Part shown: piece by piece, positions 9,861-20,038 of the stretch
Numbering within the stretch: position 1 is the stretch's first letter
Layout: the number at the start of each line of letters is the position of its first letter
Source: Candidatus Poribacteria bacterium
GTDB lineage: Bacteria > Poribacteria > WGA-4E > WGA-3G
Assembly: GCA_964291315.2 (NCBI GenBank)
Contig: OZ219753.1
Location: 288,001-352,000, forward strand
DNA: 64,000 nt
Direction of reading: 5' to 3'
Made by a program: the position numbers and the translations under genes
The notes under the pieces: generated by a model
The model's database searches: none
What the model saw: the letters and a program-made list of their open reading frames with translations, nothing else
Told to the model about the DNA's origin: nothing

Positions 9861-10532
9861 ATGATACAGGTACATCAGGTCAGCTTTAGTTACGATGAAC
9901 TTAGCGTGCTTGAGAAAGTGAGTTTTCGTGTTGAGCGTGGTGAGTTTGTGTTTCTTGTCGGTCCCAGTGGTTCAGGAAAGACAACGCTATTACGGCTATT
10001 ATATGCTGATTTATTTCCGGTAGGAGGCGAGCTGAGTGTAGTTGGGCAACAGCTTTCTGAATTGAACAAGGTTAACCTTCCTTACTTTCGTCAGAAAATA
10101 GGCATTGTTTTTCAAGATTTCAAGTTATTAGGGAATAAAACATTAAAAGAAAATTTGGCACTCCCTCAGAAACTGATAGGTACAGTGCCACGGTTGCTGA
10201 AGGATAACGTCAATGCGTACCTGCATCAAATGGGGTTGAGCCATCATCAGAACGCGCTGCCAGCCGAAATATCTAGCAACGAACGCCGTAAACTTGCTAT
10301 AGCGCGAGCGATTATCAATAAACCTTTATTATTGATTGCCGATGCTCCGACAGAAGGCTTTGATTTGCGCCTTTCACTTGAAGTAATGGAATTCCTTGAT
10401 GCCCTTAACTTTCAGGGCATGACCATCCTTATTGCAACGGCTGATCGGAGACTCGCGGAGAAATGCAACAAACGGATTATTGAACTGCGGGATGGTGCTA
10501 TACATTGGGATCCCTCGTCTCTGCCTATCTGA
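9861..10532 (+). CDS. ftsE: FtsE-like ABC ATP-binding protein with degenerate catalytic motifs
   Basis: GPSGSGKTT, LPYFRQKIGIVFQDFKLL; upstream of ftsX-like gene; signature ISSNE, Walker B DAPT, H-loop ATAD. Confidence 0.8.
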   Translation: MIQVHQVSFSYDELSVLEKVSFRVERGEFVFLVGPSGSGKTTLLRLLYADLFPVGGELSVVGQQLSELNKVNLPYFRQKIGIVFQDFKLLGNKTLKENLALPQKLIGTVPRLLKDNVNAYLHQMGLSHHQNALPAEISSNERRKLAIARAIINKPLLLIADAPTEGFDLRLSLEVMEFLDALNFQGMTILIATADRRLAEKCNKRIIELRDGAIHWDPSSLPI

Positions 10533-10604
10533 GATGTAGCGTTACTTCTGTACGGATCTCGCTGTTTGGTCTCATTTTCGTTCTAAGAAAAAAATATAGA
10601 AAAC

Positions 10605-11462
10605 ATGCGTTACCGCTTTCAAAATGCTATATCCCATATATCGAGTGCTGGTAGCTCAAACATTATGAGTATCGCGGGGATTGCGTTCATTGCAACCTTG
10701 CTCGCCTCTTTGTTGTTAAATCACTTGTCTATATTAGAAGAGTTTGAGTTTAAGAGCCATGACCCGACGCTTATAGTCTTTCTAAAGGATAGCGTAGATG
10801 AGTCAAAAGGACGCAAGCTTCTCAGTCAAATAGAAAAAAGCGGGCATATTCTCGCTGCAAATTATACTTCAAAGTCAGAGAACCTCGCTCGCGGGGAGGC
10901 TGAGTTTAGGGATTTAGGCATTTTGATTAAGGAGGCCTTTGCAGAATCTAAAGGTGTAAACCCTTTCCCGGCCTCCCTAAGTATTTATGTAGACGAAGAA
11001 TTGATCACCCGTCAAACATTAGAGCAGATTGCCTTAGATATGAAAACCTATGATGAAATCGAGGATATTTCACTAACCGGACAGGGGCAACTCAATGAGC
11101 GGTTACGCAATTCAGAGCGCACAACTTTGATTGGTATCGGAGTAGCAGTTGTCGTCATTTGGTTCATGGTTGGTTCTCTTATTAAAAAGACAGCAGCAGC
11201 TCGTGCTAAAGAGATTAACCTCATGAAGTTACTCGGCATGCCGCGGCACTACCTCCTCGTTCCATTTGTCGTCCACGGAAGTTTTCTTGGAGGGTTTGGA
11301 ACGCTATGTGGACTTGCCTGTTTTTATGGGATGTTTCATATATTCAGATATCAATTAGGTGTAATTAATTTTCTCAATATTTATCAACTCCTCTTGGTTA
11401 TTATAGGTGGTATGGTCATCGGATTTTTCGTTGGCCTCATTACACAACGGCAATATGCGTAG
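10605..11462 (+). CDS. ftsX: FtsX-like cell division permease
   Basis: One TM, extracytoplasmic domain (YTSKSENL, NPFPAS), then three TM with EINLMKLLG. Confidence 0.8.
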   Translation: MRYRFQNAISHISSAGSSNIMSIAGIAFIATLLASLLLNHLSILEEFEFKSHDPTLIVFLKDSVDESKGRKLLSQIEKSGHILAANYTSKSENLARGEAEFRDLGILIKEAFAESKGVNPFPASLSIYVDEELITRQTLEQIALDMKTYDEIEDISLTGQGQLNERLRNSERTTLIGIGVAVVVIWFMVGSLIKKTAAARAKEINLMKLLGMPRHYLLVPFVVHGSFLGGFGTLCGLACFYGMFHIFRYQLGVINFLNIYQLLLVIIGGMVIGFFVGLITQRQYA

Positions 11463-11491
11463 CATTGTGCATCTATCGGAGAACAGCATCG

Positions 11492-13426
11492 ATGACAAAT
11501 CGCGACATTAGTGATGTATTCAGAGCTATTGGGTATCTCTTGCAAATCCGCGGGGGCGACACATTTCGCGCTCGTATATATGAACGCGCAGCCGATATCA
11601 TTGAGGAATTTCCATACGTCTTCCTTTCCGCGCCCCTCCAACAGGACACATTGGAATATAATAAAGAAGCATTAGAAGAACTGCGCGCTACACCCGGGAT
11701 CGGAAAAGCTATCCAAGGTAAGACCGTTGAACTGTTGGAAACCGGACACTGCAGATTCTATGATGAACTTGTAGCGGAAATGGGGGTGGGTGTTCTTGAA
11801 TTGCTGAAACTCCGAGGCATCGGGATTAAGACAGCTAGTAGGCTTTACCACGGATTTGGTGTCAGGACTCTTGAGGATTTTCAGGAATTGCTGGATAGCG
11901 GAAAGATGCGCGGCTTGAAAGGAATCGGTCACAAAATGCTCCAAATGATAAGCGAGAGTTTGGCATTTTACAAAGAGCAGAAAAATAAGCGCCCCTTATG
12001 GAGAGTTTTACCCATCGCTCAGCAGATTGCTGAACGTTTGGTACAATTTGTGGAGGCAGGTTGGATAAAACGGGAACCTGAATTCACAGGAGATTTACGT
12101 AGACATGAAGAAATATGTCAAAGTATAGAACTCATCGTTGAGTGTGTGGATGAAACAGTATTTCAACCTGAAAATGGAATCCCCTCTCCTCAGCTGCAAT
12201 TGTTACTTGAACTCTTTTCACAATCACGATTTACTCGATCGCCTTTAATTGCAGGTTCGGAACACACATCTGAAAATCTACGTTCGTCGTTACTTCTAAA
12301 AACTGATTTTTGTGGAGCTGGGCGGATTCAATACATATACGACGCGGAAAGTAAGGTTCTCATCCGGAAAGAACGGGTCGAAGCGACTGGTGATATCCGA
12401 GACACACTGCCTGCGATTCAATTCTGTATTGATGGTAATTTTCCAGTGTCTATCTATTTATCGGTCGCTGCTGCCTACGCCTCGACCCTTTTCTTAACAA
12501 CAGCGACTGCGGAACACCTCGCTGCACTTAGCGATACAAAGACATTAGAACCAGAGATTGAATTCAACGCAATGCGCAATCTAACGGAGACAGAAATTTA
12601 CAAAAGGTTCGGAGCCTCCTATATTCCTGCGGAGTTACGACAGGATGAAACATCATTTGTAGCGGCTAAAGATAACGTCCTCCCGAATCTCGTTGAATTT
12701 AAAGACTTACGCGGTGACCTACATGCCCACACCAATTGGAGCGACGGACGGCATACACTTGAAGATATGGTAGCAGCAGCGAAGGCAGAAGGTATGGAAT
12801 ACTTTGCTATCACCGATCACTCTGTCTCGTCGGTAGTCGCGAATGGGTTAGATCAGAAGCGACTCCTAGCGCAAGTGGCACAAGTCCGTGAATTAGATGC
12901 CAAAACCGAAGATATTACAATTCTTGCTGGTTCTGAGGTAGATATCCGGCGATACGGTAAGCTAGATTTTCCTGATGAGATTCTAGCTCAACTCGATGTT
13001 GTTGTTGCAAGTGTTCATAGCGCCTTTACGCTCCCTGAAGCGGAGATGACAAAGCGGATCATTCGTGCAATTGAGAATCCGTTTGTTAACATCATTGGTC
13101 ACCCGACCGGTAGGCTGCTTGAACGTAGACCTATGTATCCGCTGCATATGGAAGAAATCATTGCTGCTGCTGCGGAAAACCGTACAGTTTTAGAAATTAA
13201 CGGATCCCCGAATCGATTAGACTTGTCCCCTCAATTCGTACGGATGGCCAAAAGTGCAGGCGTGTTATTGGCAGTTAACACAGATGCTCACGCTATCCGA
13301 CAACTCGCGCATCGTAGATCCGGGTTAAATGTTGCACGGCGCGGATGGTTGACGAAATCTGAGGTTATTAATACACACAGTTTAGAGAAATTGCGCGAAA
13401 CGTGTAATATCGGTGTGCGTGTGTAG
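11492..13426 (+). CDS. polX: PolX-PHP protein (non-canonical polymerase active site, intact PHP domain)
   Basis: FRARIYERAA, HhH motifs PGIGKAI and RGIGIKTA, YIPAELR, DLHAHTNWSDG, TDHS, GHPTGR, NTDAH. Confidence 0.9.
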   Translation: MTNRDISDVFRAIGYLLQIRGGDTFRARIYERAADIIEEFPYVFLSAPLQQDTLEYNKEALEELRATPGIGKAIQGKTVELLETGHCRFYDELVAEMGVGVLELLKLRGIGIKTASRLYHGFGVRTLEDFQELLDSGKMRGLKGIGHKMLQMISESLAFYKEQKNKRPLWRVLPIAQQIAERLVQFVEAGWIKREPEFTGDLRRHEEICQSIELIVECVDETVFQPENGIPSPQLQLLLELFSQSRFTRSPLIAGSEHTSENLRSSLLLKTDFCGAGRIQYIYDAESKVLIRKERVEATGDIRDTLPAIQFCIDGNFPVSIYLSVAAAYASTLFLTTATAEHLAALSDTKTLEPEIEFNAMRNLTETEIYKRFGASYIPAELRQDETSFVAAKDNVLPNLVEFKDLRGDLHAHTNWSDGRHTLEDMVAAAKAEGMEYFAITDHSVSSVVANGLDQKRLLAQVAQVRELDAKTEDITILAGSEVDIRRYGKLDFPDEILAQLDVVVASVHSAFTLPEAEMTKRIIRAIENPFVNIIGHPTGRLLERRPMYPLHMEEIIAAAAENRTVLEINGSPNRLDLSPQFVRMAKSAGVLLAVNTDAHAIRQLAHRRSGLNVARRGWLTKSEVINTHSLEKLRETCNIGVRV

Positions 13427-13446
13427 GACAAGCACCGATTGTGTGG

Positions 13447-15405
13447 TTATTCTAACGCAGCTAGCCGAGTCAAATGCCAATTTGGGTCCTCTAACGCTTC
13501 ATAAACAACACCGCCCTCTACCGTGTCAGGCATCGGAAGTCCGAGTAAATAACAGAGCGTTGGCACGACATCAACAACGCGGACCTGTCTTTGTAAAGCG
13601 ACCCCTTGTCGGACACCAGATCCCGATAAGATAAAAGTAGAGTGTTGTCCACCGATGCCGAAACTCACAGAAGGGAGCTGTTTCCCGTGGGCACCGTCGA
13701 ATTCCGGTCGGAGCGCGTAGACGACATCTCCTACCAAATCCCCATGTAAGTTAAACATTTCCGCATCTGCACGAGTGACAGCCAATGTAAACGGATGTCG
13801 TCCAGTTTCTGCGTCTTTATAAGTGTGGAGTGCAGCGATAATCTCACGTTGTGTTGCCTCATAGTCCTCAGGTGCCACGATTCCATTGGGGTCACGTCCG
13901 GCTAAGTTAATGAAGATATGTACCAAACCGACGTTGACAGCTCGTGTTTTCGTCCAATCTATCGCCCGCTTTGTGTCTCTAACGATGAATCCTGTCTCTT
14001 CGAGCACATGTTCAATGTCTATAGCCTGAAATTGGTTAGGTGTGCCGCCATGATCAGAGCATACCAGAATAACGGTGTCATCATCTGCTTGCTCTATCAC
14101 ACTTCCAACCATACGATCTACAGATTCGTAGGTTCTGCGCAATCCTTCGAGACACCTGTGCGTTGTTTCAGGGGCTGCTCCGCTGATTTCATCAGCTTGA
14201 CTAAGGAAGAAATGACTAGCGTAGTCGGGGGCATGAGTCTCTACCATCAGCACGTTCCAATCGTCGTTTGCAGCGAGATATGTTGAGATTTCTGCAAGAC
14301 GTTGGTGATGGTAGTCTAAGAGTTCAAAATAGGTGTCGTCGTCTATGTGTCCGAGGGCATCACGAGCGGGATTCTGAAGGAACGAACCGATCTCCTTGTC
14401 AATTGCAGTAGCTACTGTGTCTGGGACGGTATATCCTGTTCTGGGCCAGATTTGTGGCACAAAAAGTTCGAACGCATCTGCTGTCGGCGTGAGCGTCACA
14501 AGTTTCATCCGGACGTAACCTTCTGGCTTGTTATCGCCAATTTCAAATTTCTCCAGCCACCAATTGCTCCACTCGCCGACCCTGAGATCTGCAACGGTAT
14601 CTGCGCCAGATCGGCTCTTGCAAATCCGCACTCGGTCATAGCCGCTGTCTCCGGAGGCGTAGATCAGTCCATAAAACTGTTTCGGCACTAGCGTTTCGTG
14701 GGAGGTTTCGTTTTGAGAATAAACTGAGGGCATGATATCTTCTCTGCCGCGCGCTAAAGGCCGGAGAGTAAGTTGAACTTCCTGCACCGGTTTTGTGGAA
14801 TATGGCAAAGTATCCCAATCGTTACTTTTTATAGGTTTGATGCTCACCGGATCAACGTGGCGAACATCTTGTAATGCGCTCGGGTCTAGTGTTTCCGGAT
14901 CGCGCTGTCCCCCGATAGGGCGCGGTGTCCATTCTCCGGCAACAAAGAGATGGTAACCTGCAATTTGGTGGTGATTCGAGACCCCCGGGCCCGTTCCCTC
15001 CACCTGAATTCCGTTTTTGACGGTGGGGGGCCATGACATTTCCCATTTCACCAAAATTGGTTTCCCTCCTGCGCGCTCCACTAGATTCCAGAGATATTCG
15101 GATTGGCACAAGCCGGTGTTAATACCCCAGGTGGTTTTGTCGAGACGCTCTCCTAGGGCGCGAATGTTAAAATCCATTACTCGATGTGTGCCAGGCCATG
15201 AGCCTGTAGAAAGTGCTGTCCACCCGGGGGGTGTCAGGGTCGGAAACACACCAAGCATCGGTCGGTAAACTCCATTCTCAAGGAGGGTCGCCATATTTGG
15301 GGTATGTCCCCAATCTATCATATTTTTGACTAATTCCATGCTCGCCCCATCCATTCCGATAATAATTGCCCTTTTCGCTGGTGCGAGTCGTGTGCGTTTT
15401 GTCAT
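13447..15405 (-). CDS. Alkaline phosphatase superfamily protein (type I phosphodiesterase/nucleotide pyrophosphatase-like)
   Basis: IIIGMDG, PTLTPPGW (Thr nucleophile), CSDHG, GAHG, VDVVPT. Confidence 0.85.
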   Translation of the reverse strand: MTKRTRLAPAKRAIIIGMDGASMELVKNMIDWGHTPNMATLLENGVYRPMLGVFPTLTPPGWTALSTGSWPGTHRVMDFNIRALGERLDKTTWGINTGLCQSEYLWNLVERAGGKPILVKWEMSWPPTVKNGIQVEGTGPGVSNHHQIAGYHLFVAGEWTPRPIGGQRDPETLDPSALQDVRHVDPVSIKPIKSNDWDTLPYSTKPVQEVQLTLRPLARGREDIMPSVYSQNETSHETLVPKQFYGLIYASGDSGYDRVRICKSRSGADTVADLRVGEWSNWWLEKFEIGDNKPEGYVRMKLVTLTPTADAFELFVPQIWPRTGYTVPDTVATAIDKEIGSFLQNPARDALGHIDDDTYFELLDYHHQRLAEISTYLAANDDWNVLMVETHAPDYASHFFLSQADEISGAAPETTHRCLEGLRRTYESVDRMVGSVIEQADDDTVILVCSDHGGTPNQFQAIDIEHVLEETGFIVRDTKRAIDWTKTRAVNVGLVHIFINLAGRDPNGIVAPEDYEATQREIIAALHTYKDAETGRHPFTLAVTRADAEMFNLHGDLVGDVVYALRPEFDGAHGKQLPSVSFGIGGQHSTFILSGSGVRQGVALQRQVRVVDVVPTLCYLLGLPMPDTVEGGVVYEALEDPNWHLTRLAALE

Positions 15406-15424
15406 GAAGATTTCTCCTTATCAG

Positions 15425-16915
15425 CTAGGGAACGCGTTGAATATAAATATCATAATCTGGGCCGCGAGCATCGCTCCAGACGACAATCGCTGCATTGGGG
15501 CCTGTAGATATGGCTTGTGGACTGATTTGCTCCTTTGGGGCGCTACAGACGGGAACACCATCAATTTCCCATAGCGGGTTGCCGTCTGCATCAAGTCGTT
15601 GGGCATAGATTGCGTCCTCGGTTGAATCACCGAAGTCCTCTCTATAGTCGAGCCAGTAAACGATAGCCCCATCCACCGTAGGAACAAGTTGCGGGAGTCG
15701 CTGCACACCCGCTTCTGTGCATATGGGTACACCCTTTTGGAAGTCAAAACTTTTATCAGCCCATAACGCTTGTCCGCTTGCATCAATGCGTTGTGCGTAG
15801 AGGTCAGCGAAGATATTTCGTTCATCCCACCAAGCAACTATGAATCCTCCACTTCCATCAGGGATACAGTCCGGTTGCTGCTGATTGACGTGCAGATCAC
15901 AGACAGGAATACCATCCATTTTCCATGATACCTCTCCTTGATCGGTGATGTGTTGCGCGTATAACTGGGCTCTCGTATAAAAATTTGGGTCATTGCGGTA
16001 ATCCGACCAGACAAAGAATGCCCCGCCATTTTCATCACTAATAGCAATAGGCGCGCCTTGGTTTCCGACTGCTGTACAGACGGGTACAGGAGCGTTTTCG
16101 ACAGTAGTGCTGGAATTCCACATAGGTGTTCCCTCTGCAGAGAGGTGTTGCGCGAAAATATTCCAATCCGGTGTGCTGATATCCCACCACGCGACAATAG
16201 CTCCGCCTTCTCCATCAGCGATGAGTACCGGATCGTACTGATCTCCGTCACCCATATAGACGGGAACACCATCTGTTTTCCATAAAGGTTTCCCTGTGCT
16301 GTCGATTCTTTGGGCATAAATGTCTTGATTTCCGTTTCGCCAATCTTCCCATACAACAATTACTCCCCCTTTTCCGTCTGCAATAGCGTTGACATCATCT
16401 TGCAGTGTTGGGTGTGTACAGACCGGAATCCCTTTAGAGCGCCAGAGGGTGTTGCCGTCAGCATCGATTCGTTGTGCGTAACTGTCCTGATTTCCGTGTC
16501 GAGTATCCCCCCAAACGAGGATAGCACCTTCCTTGGTGTCACTGACAATTAGTGGCCAGCTCTGCGATGAAGGCAAATCACAGATTGGAATACCGTCGGG
16601 TTTCCAGAGGGCGGTCCCCGTATCAGTGACTCGCTGCGCAAAGATATCACGGTTCGCGTTACGAGCATCGCTCCACGCCACAATAGCTCCGTCTTTTCCA
16701 TCGGTGACGAGGACAGGGAAATGTTGCTCGTTCTGTGCTGTGCATAACGGGAGGTTTTGTATTGAAGAAAGGGACCATTCGGCAGACACTACATTTATTG
16801 AAGTAAATAAGGAAAGAATGGTTAGGGTCAGATATATTCGGCGGAACTGTCCACCGGAATCGCGGTGTGCAGGCGGCACGCTAGAATCATATATAGATTG
16901 AGGAAGATAATTCAT
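15425..16915 (-). CDS. Secreted repeat protein, 8 repeats of ~55 aa (probable beta-propeller)
   Basis: Hydrophobic N-terminal segment; repeats VPVC..Q..P....DG.GG.IVVW.D.R...DIYAQR.D..G..LW...G. Confidence 0.75.
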   Translation of the reverse strand: MNYLPQSIYDSSVPPAHRDSGGQFRRIYLTLTILSLFTSINVVSAEWSLSSIQNLPLCTAQNEQHFPVLVTDGKDGAIVAWSDARNANRDIFAQRVTDTGTALWKPDGIPICDLPSSQSWPLIVSDTKEGAILVWGDTRHGNQDSYAQRIDADGNTLWRSKGIPVCTHPTLQDDVNAIADGKGGVIVVWEDWRNGNQDIYAQRIDSTGKPLWKTDGVPVYMGDGDQYDPVLIADGEGGAIVAWWDISTPDWNIFAQHLSAEGTPMWNSSTTVENAPVPVCTAVGNQGAPIAISDENGGAFFVWSDYRNDPNFYTRAQLYAQHITDQGEVSWKMDGIPVCDLHVNQQQPDCIPDGSGGFIVAWWDERNIFADLYAQRIDASGQALWADKSFDFQKGVPICTEAGVQRLPQLVPTVDGAIVYWLDYREDFGDSTEDAIYAQRLDADGNPLWEIDGVPVCSAPKEQISPQAISTGPNAAIVVWSDARGPDYDIYIQRVP

Positions 16916-17057
16916 TTATTTATTATAACGGTTATCAGTTATAGATTTCAGTTGTAAAAACTTGTTCGCAAGGACTTTCCGAAACTTGGCACATTCTAGG
17001 AAGTGGTGCGTTGTTAAATGGAGTTCTCTGAACCTACGTCTGACGAGGGCCCCTATT

Positions 17058-18683
17058 TCAGATCAGCAATTCATCTCTGATTGGAAAGAATTGGTCTGCG
17101 ATTTGTTGTAGGTCCATGGAGGTATTATGCTCAAAAGCGACTACCTCCACCCGTTTATCCTGCTGTTTGATGAGTTCTGCGAGTGGACAAAAATCGCCAT
17201 CGCCGCTTGCTAAGATGACGACATCTAGTGATCCAAGTATTGAGACTACATCCACAGCAATGCCGACATCCCAATCACCTTTTGCGGATCCATCGCCACG
17301 TAAACGCAGGTCTTTGCTCTTAATAGTGTATCCATTGTGTTCAAGGAGTGTAAGAAAGCTGGATTGATTGATTTCAGGTATCTGGACGACATAGGCGTAG
17401 GCAACCATTAGGAATCGAGGCCCGACGATGAGATCCAATAGTTTGATATAATCGACTCTGCGTCCAAACCGGTCTTTAGCGGCGTAAAACATATTTTGAA
17501 CATCCACAAAAACACCGACACGCGGTTGCTGGGGTGTTAGCCCGTAAGGTGTTGCGTTTTTGTCTATCTTTTGTGTATCCAAATAAGTAAGTGTTTGACG
17601 AATCTGGTTCAATCCGCCCCGTGCCGTTTGATGATAATTCTCCACTGTATCAAAAAGGTCATCTAAACTTCTTTGAAAATTTTCGAGTTCTTGATGTTCT
17701 TTGTAAATCGCCTCTTCAACCAACTTGAGGTCGGCAATAAGAGTCTTTTTTCCTGTTTTAACATGTTCATATTCCTTTAATTTTTTCGTCAATTGCTTCT
17801 TTTCTATGATGAGGTGTGCCTGCTCGTCGGTGAGTTTCTGAATTTCCTCCGTTTCTTCCACATAGTGTGCTACTTGCTCCCGGAGAACACGATTTTCATC
17901 CTCAAGAACTTTCAGTCGTCTGTTGTTTTCGTGATAGGCATCTGTCTCACTTTTCAAGCGCTTGTTTTCTTGTAACAGAAAGGTGTGCTGTAGATCTAGC
18001 TGTTGGTGCCTTTTCTCAAGTGAGGTATAATCCGCTTTGGAATTTGCCAACTGTTGTTCAAGCAGCTTGATTTCAGAAGTGGGTACCTCCTTGTGTTGCT
18101 GTATATCTTCTGAATCATAGATAGGCTGCTCCTGAATTTTTGTTAACTGTTCCGTGTTTGGAAACGTTTTTTGCCCATTTAGGTGTGGGCTTTCTAGCGA
18201 TTCATATGTTCTGTTAAGTAATTTGTAACCGTGTTCAACGACTCTCCGGCGCTTGTCAATCAGAAGTGCCCAGACAATCTCAGCGAAATCACCGGCTTCA
18301 ATGAGCACTTCAGATGTTTTAAAGAAGGTTTCGATTTCAGAGACTTCCATGTAACCGACACGTGAGATTGCCTCTTGCGCCTTTTGGGTAAAGAATTGGC
18401 TTGCGATTTTTTCGACTGAAGTCTCCTGATTTTGCGAATGAGATTCTTCGCGGTAAGTCCGTTCACTTTCAACAGCAATTTTGGTTTCGCCAGTTCCATC
18501 CAAAAAAGCATTTGTTAGATTTGTCAATAACTCCTGCTTCGATAATGCGTACAACCGGTCGAGATCCGGAATGATACTAGCAGAAGCACTCAATTCGAAG
18601 ACCTCTCTTTCATTTAAGAGTAGATCCAAAAACCATGTGAGCTGATCTCGCCGTATCTTTAATTTTAGATATGGGTCTGCCAT
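17058..18683 (-). CDS. Coiled-coil protein with C-terminal NYN (LabA/DUF88, PIN-like) domain
   Basis: VFVDVQN, KGDWDVGIAVD, LASGDGDF, ADQF; long heptad E/K/Q-rich middle. Confidence 0.88.
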   Translation of the reverse strand: MADPYLKLKIRRDQLTWFLDLLLNEREVFELSASASIIPDLDRLYALSKQELLTNLTNAFLDGTGETKIAVESERTYREESHSQNQETSVEKIASQFFTQKAQEAISRVGYMEVSEIETFFKTSEVLIEAGDFAEIVWALLIDKRRRVVEHGYKLLNRTYESLESPHLNGQKTFPNTEQLTKIQEQPIYDSEDIQQHKEVPTSEIKLLEQQLANSKADYTSLEKRHQQLDLQHTFLLQENKRLKSETDAYHENNRRLKVLEDENRVLREQVAHYVEETEEIQKLTDEQAHLIIEKKQLTKKLKEYEHVKTGKKTLIADLKLVEEAIYKEHQELENFQRSLDDLFDTVENYHQTARGGLNQIRQTLTYLDTQKIDKNATPYGLTPQQPRVGVFVDVQNMFYAAKDRFGRRVDYIKLLDLIVGPRFLMVAYAYVVQIPEINQSSFLTLLEHNGYTIKSKDLRLRGDGSAKGDWDVGIAVDVVSILGSLDVVILASGDGDFCPLAELIKQQDKRVEVVAFEHNTSMDLQQIADQFFPIRDELLI

Positions 18684-18712
18684 AGGAATTGGACTCCAAA
18701 GGGTGTCGTGAG

Positions 18713-20038
18713 TTAAATTCTGATAATTTTCTCTCGTCCCGCTTGTACAGCGTGTGCAGCGTTGCGCGTGTCAACAACTAATTGGGCGTGTTCAACAAGC
18801 CACTTATAATCTATGTTGCTATGATCTGTCAAAATGACGACACAATCCGCATTTTGGACCAGGTCCGCTGTCAACGGTTCTGAACAATAGGTTTTCTGTT
18901 TATCAAGAGATAAAGTCTCTACATAGGGGTCATGATACAGAAACTTTGCTTTTTTGTCAAGAATTAAACGGATTACTGCCAATGCTGGAGATTCTCGAGT
19001 GTCGCCTAGGTCTTTTTTGTAAGCGACACCGAGAATTAATAATTGTGCATCCTCAAGGGATTTTCGTTTTGGTTTGAGAGCATGAACAATTTTATCTACC
19101 ACGTATTTGGGCATCTCGTTGTTAATTTCGCTGGCAAGTTCAATAAAACGGGCGTGGTATTCATACATATGGGCTTTCCAAGAGAGGTAGTGCGGATCGA
19201 TAGGGATGCAGTGTCCTCCTAATCCCGGCCCCGGATAGAACGGCATAAATCCGAACGGTTTTGTTGCAGCAGCATCTACGACCTCCCAAACGTCCAAATC
19301 CATGCGGTCACAGATAAGTGCTACTTCATTGATTAGGCCGATATTGACGCTTCTAAACGTGTTTTCTAGTAATTTGACCATCTCGGCTGTCCGGGGTGAC
19401 GAGACGGTATGTGTCTTGTTAATAAACTGTGCGTAGAATGTTTTAGCGATGTGGGTGCATCGCCGGGTAACACCGCCGATAATTTTAGGAATGTTCGTCA
19501 CAAAGTGGGTGCTATTTCCGGGTTCAATGCGCTCGGGGGAAAAAGCGAGATAGAAATCGCGTCCTACTTGTCCGGGGCGAGAATCTCCTGTTTTCGTAAA
19601 TTGAGCAGTGAGCCTTGGGAGGACAATTTCTTCGGTTGCCCCGGGGTAGGTGGTACTTTCGAGGATAACCAATTGTTGGGTATGCAGATGCTGTGCGACT
19701 TGTTCGACTGCGGCGGTGATGAACTGCATATCAGGTGTTTGGTTCTCACCCAAAAGGGTCGGTACACAGATGTTAACTGTATCTAATTCACGCAGCACCT
19801 CATAGTTGGTCGTGACTTGTATGTGTCCAGAAGCGACGAGCGGTTTAAGCACTGCGTTGGTGACATCCGGCACGTAAGAGATGCCTCGTTTTAGCTGTGC
19901 TATTTTGTTTGGGCAAATATCGATACCTGTGACTCGGAACCCCGCGCTTGCAATCGCGACCATAAGGGGTAAGCCAACATAACCTAGTCCGATAACACCG
20001 GCATGAGCACTCCGGTTCTCTATTTTTTCAAGAATCAT
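18713..20038 (-). CDS. Nucleotide-sugar dehydrogenase (UDP-N-acetyl-hexosamine 6-dehydrogenase family)
   Basis: GLGYVG, ESTTYPG, FSPERIEPG, KLLENTFR, GGHCIP, DTRESP. Confidence 0.93.
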   Translation of the reverse strand: MILEKIENRSAHAGVIGLGYVGLPLMVAIASAGFRVTGIDICPNKIAQLKRGISYVPDVTNAVLKPLVASGHIQVTTNYEVLRELDTVNICVPTLLGENQTPDMQFITAAVEQVAQHLHTQQLVILESTTYPGATEEIVLPRLTAQFTKTGDSRPGQVGRDFYLAFSPERIEPGNSTHFVTNIPKIIGGVTRRCTHIAKTFYAQFINKTHTVSSPRTAEMVKLLENTFRSVNIGLINEVALICDRMDLDVWEVVDAAATKPFGFMPFYPGPGLGGHCIPIDPHYLSWKAHMYEYHARFIELASEINNEMPKYVVDKIVHALKPKRKSLEDAQLLILGVAYKKDLGDTRESPALAVIRLILDKKAKFLYHDPYVETLSLDKQKTYCSEPLTADLVQNADCVVILTDHSNIDYKWLVEHAQLVVDTRNAAHAVQAGREKIIRI

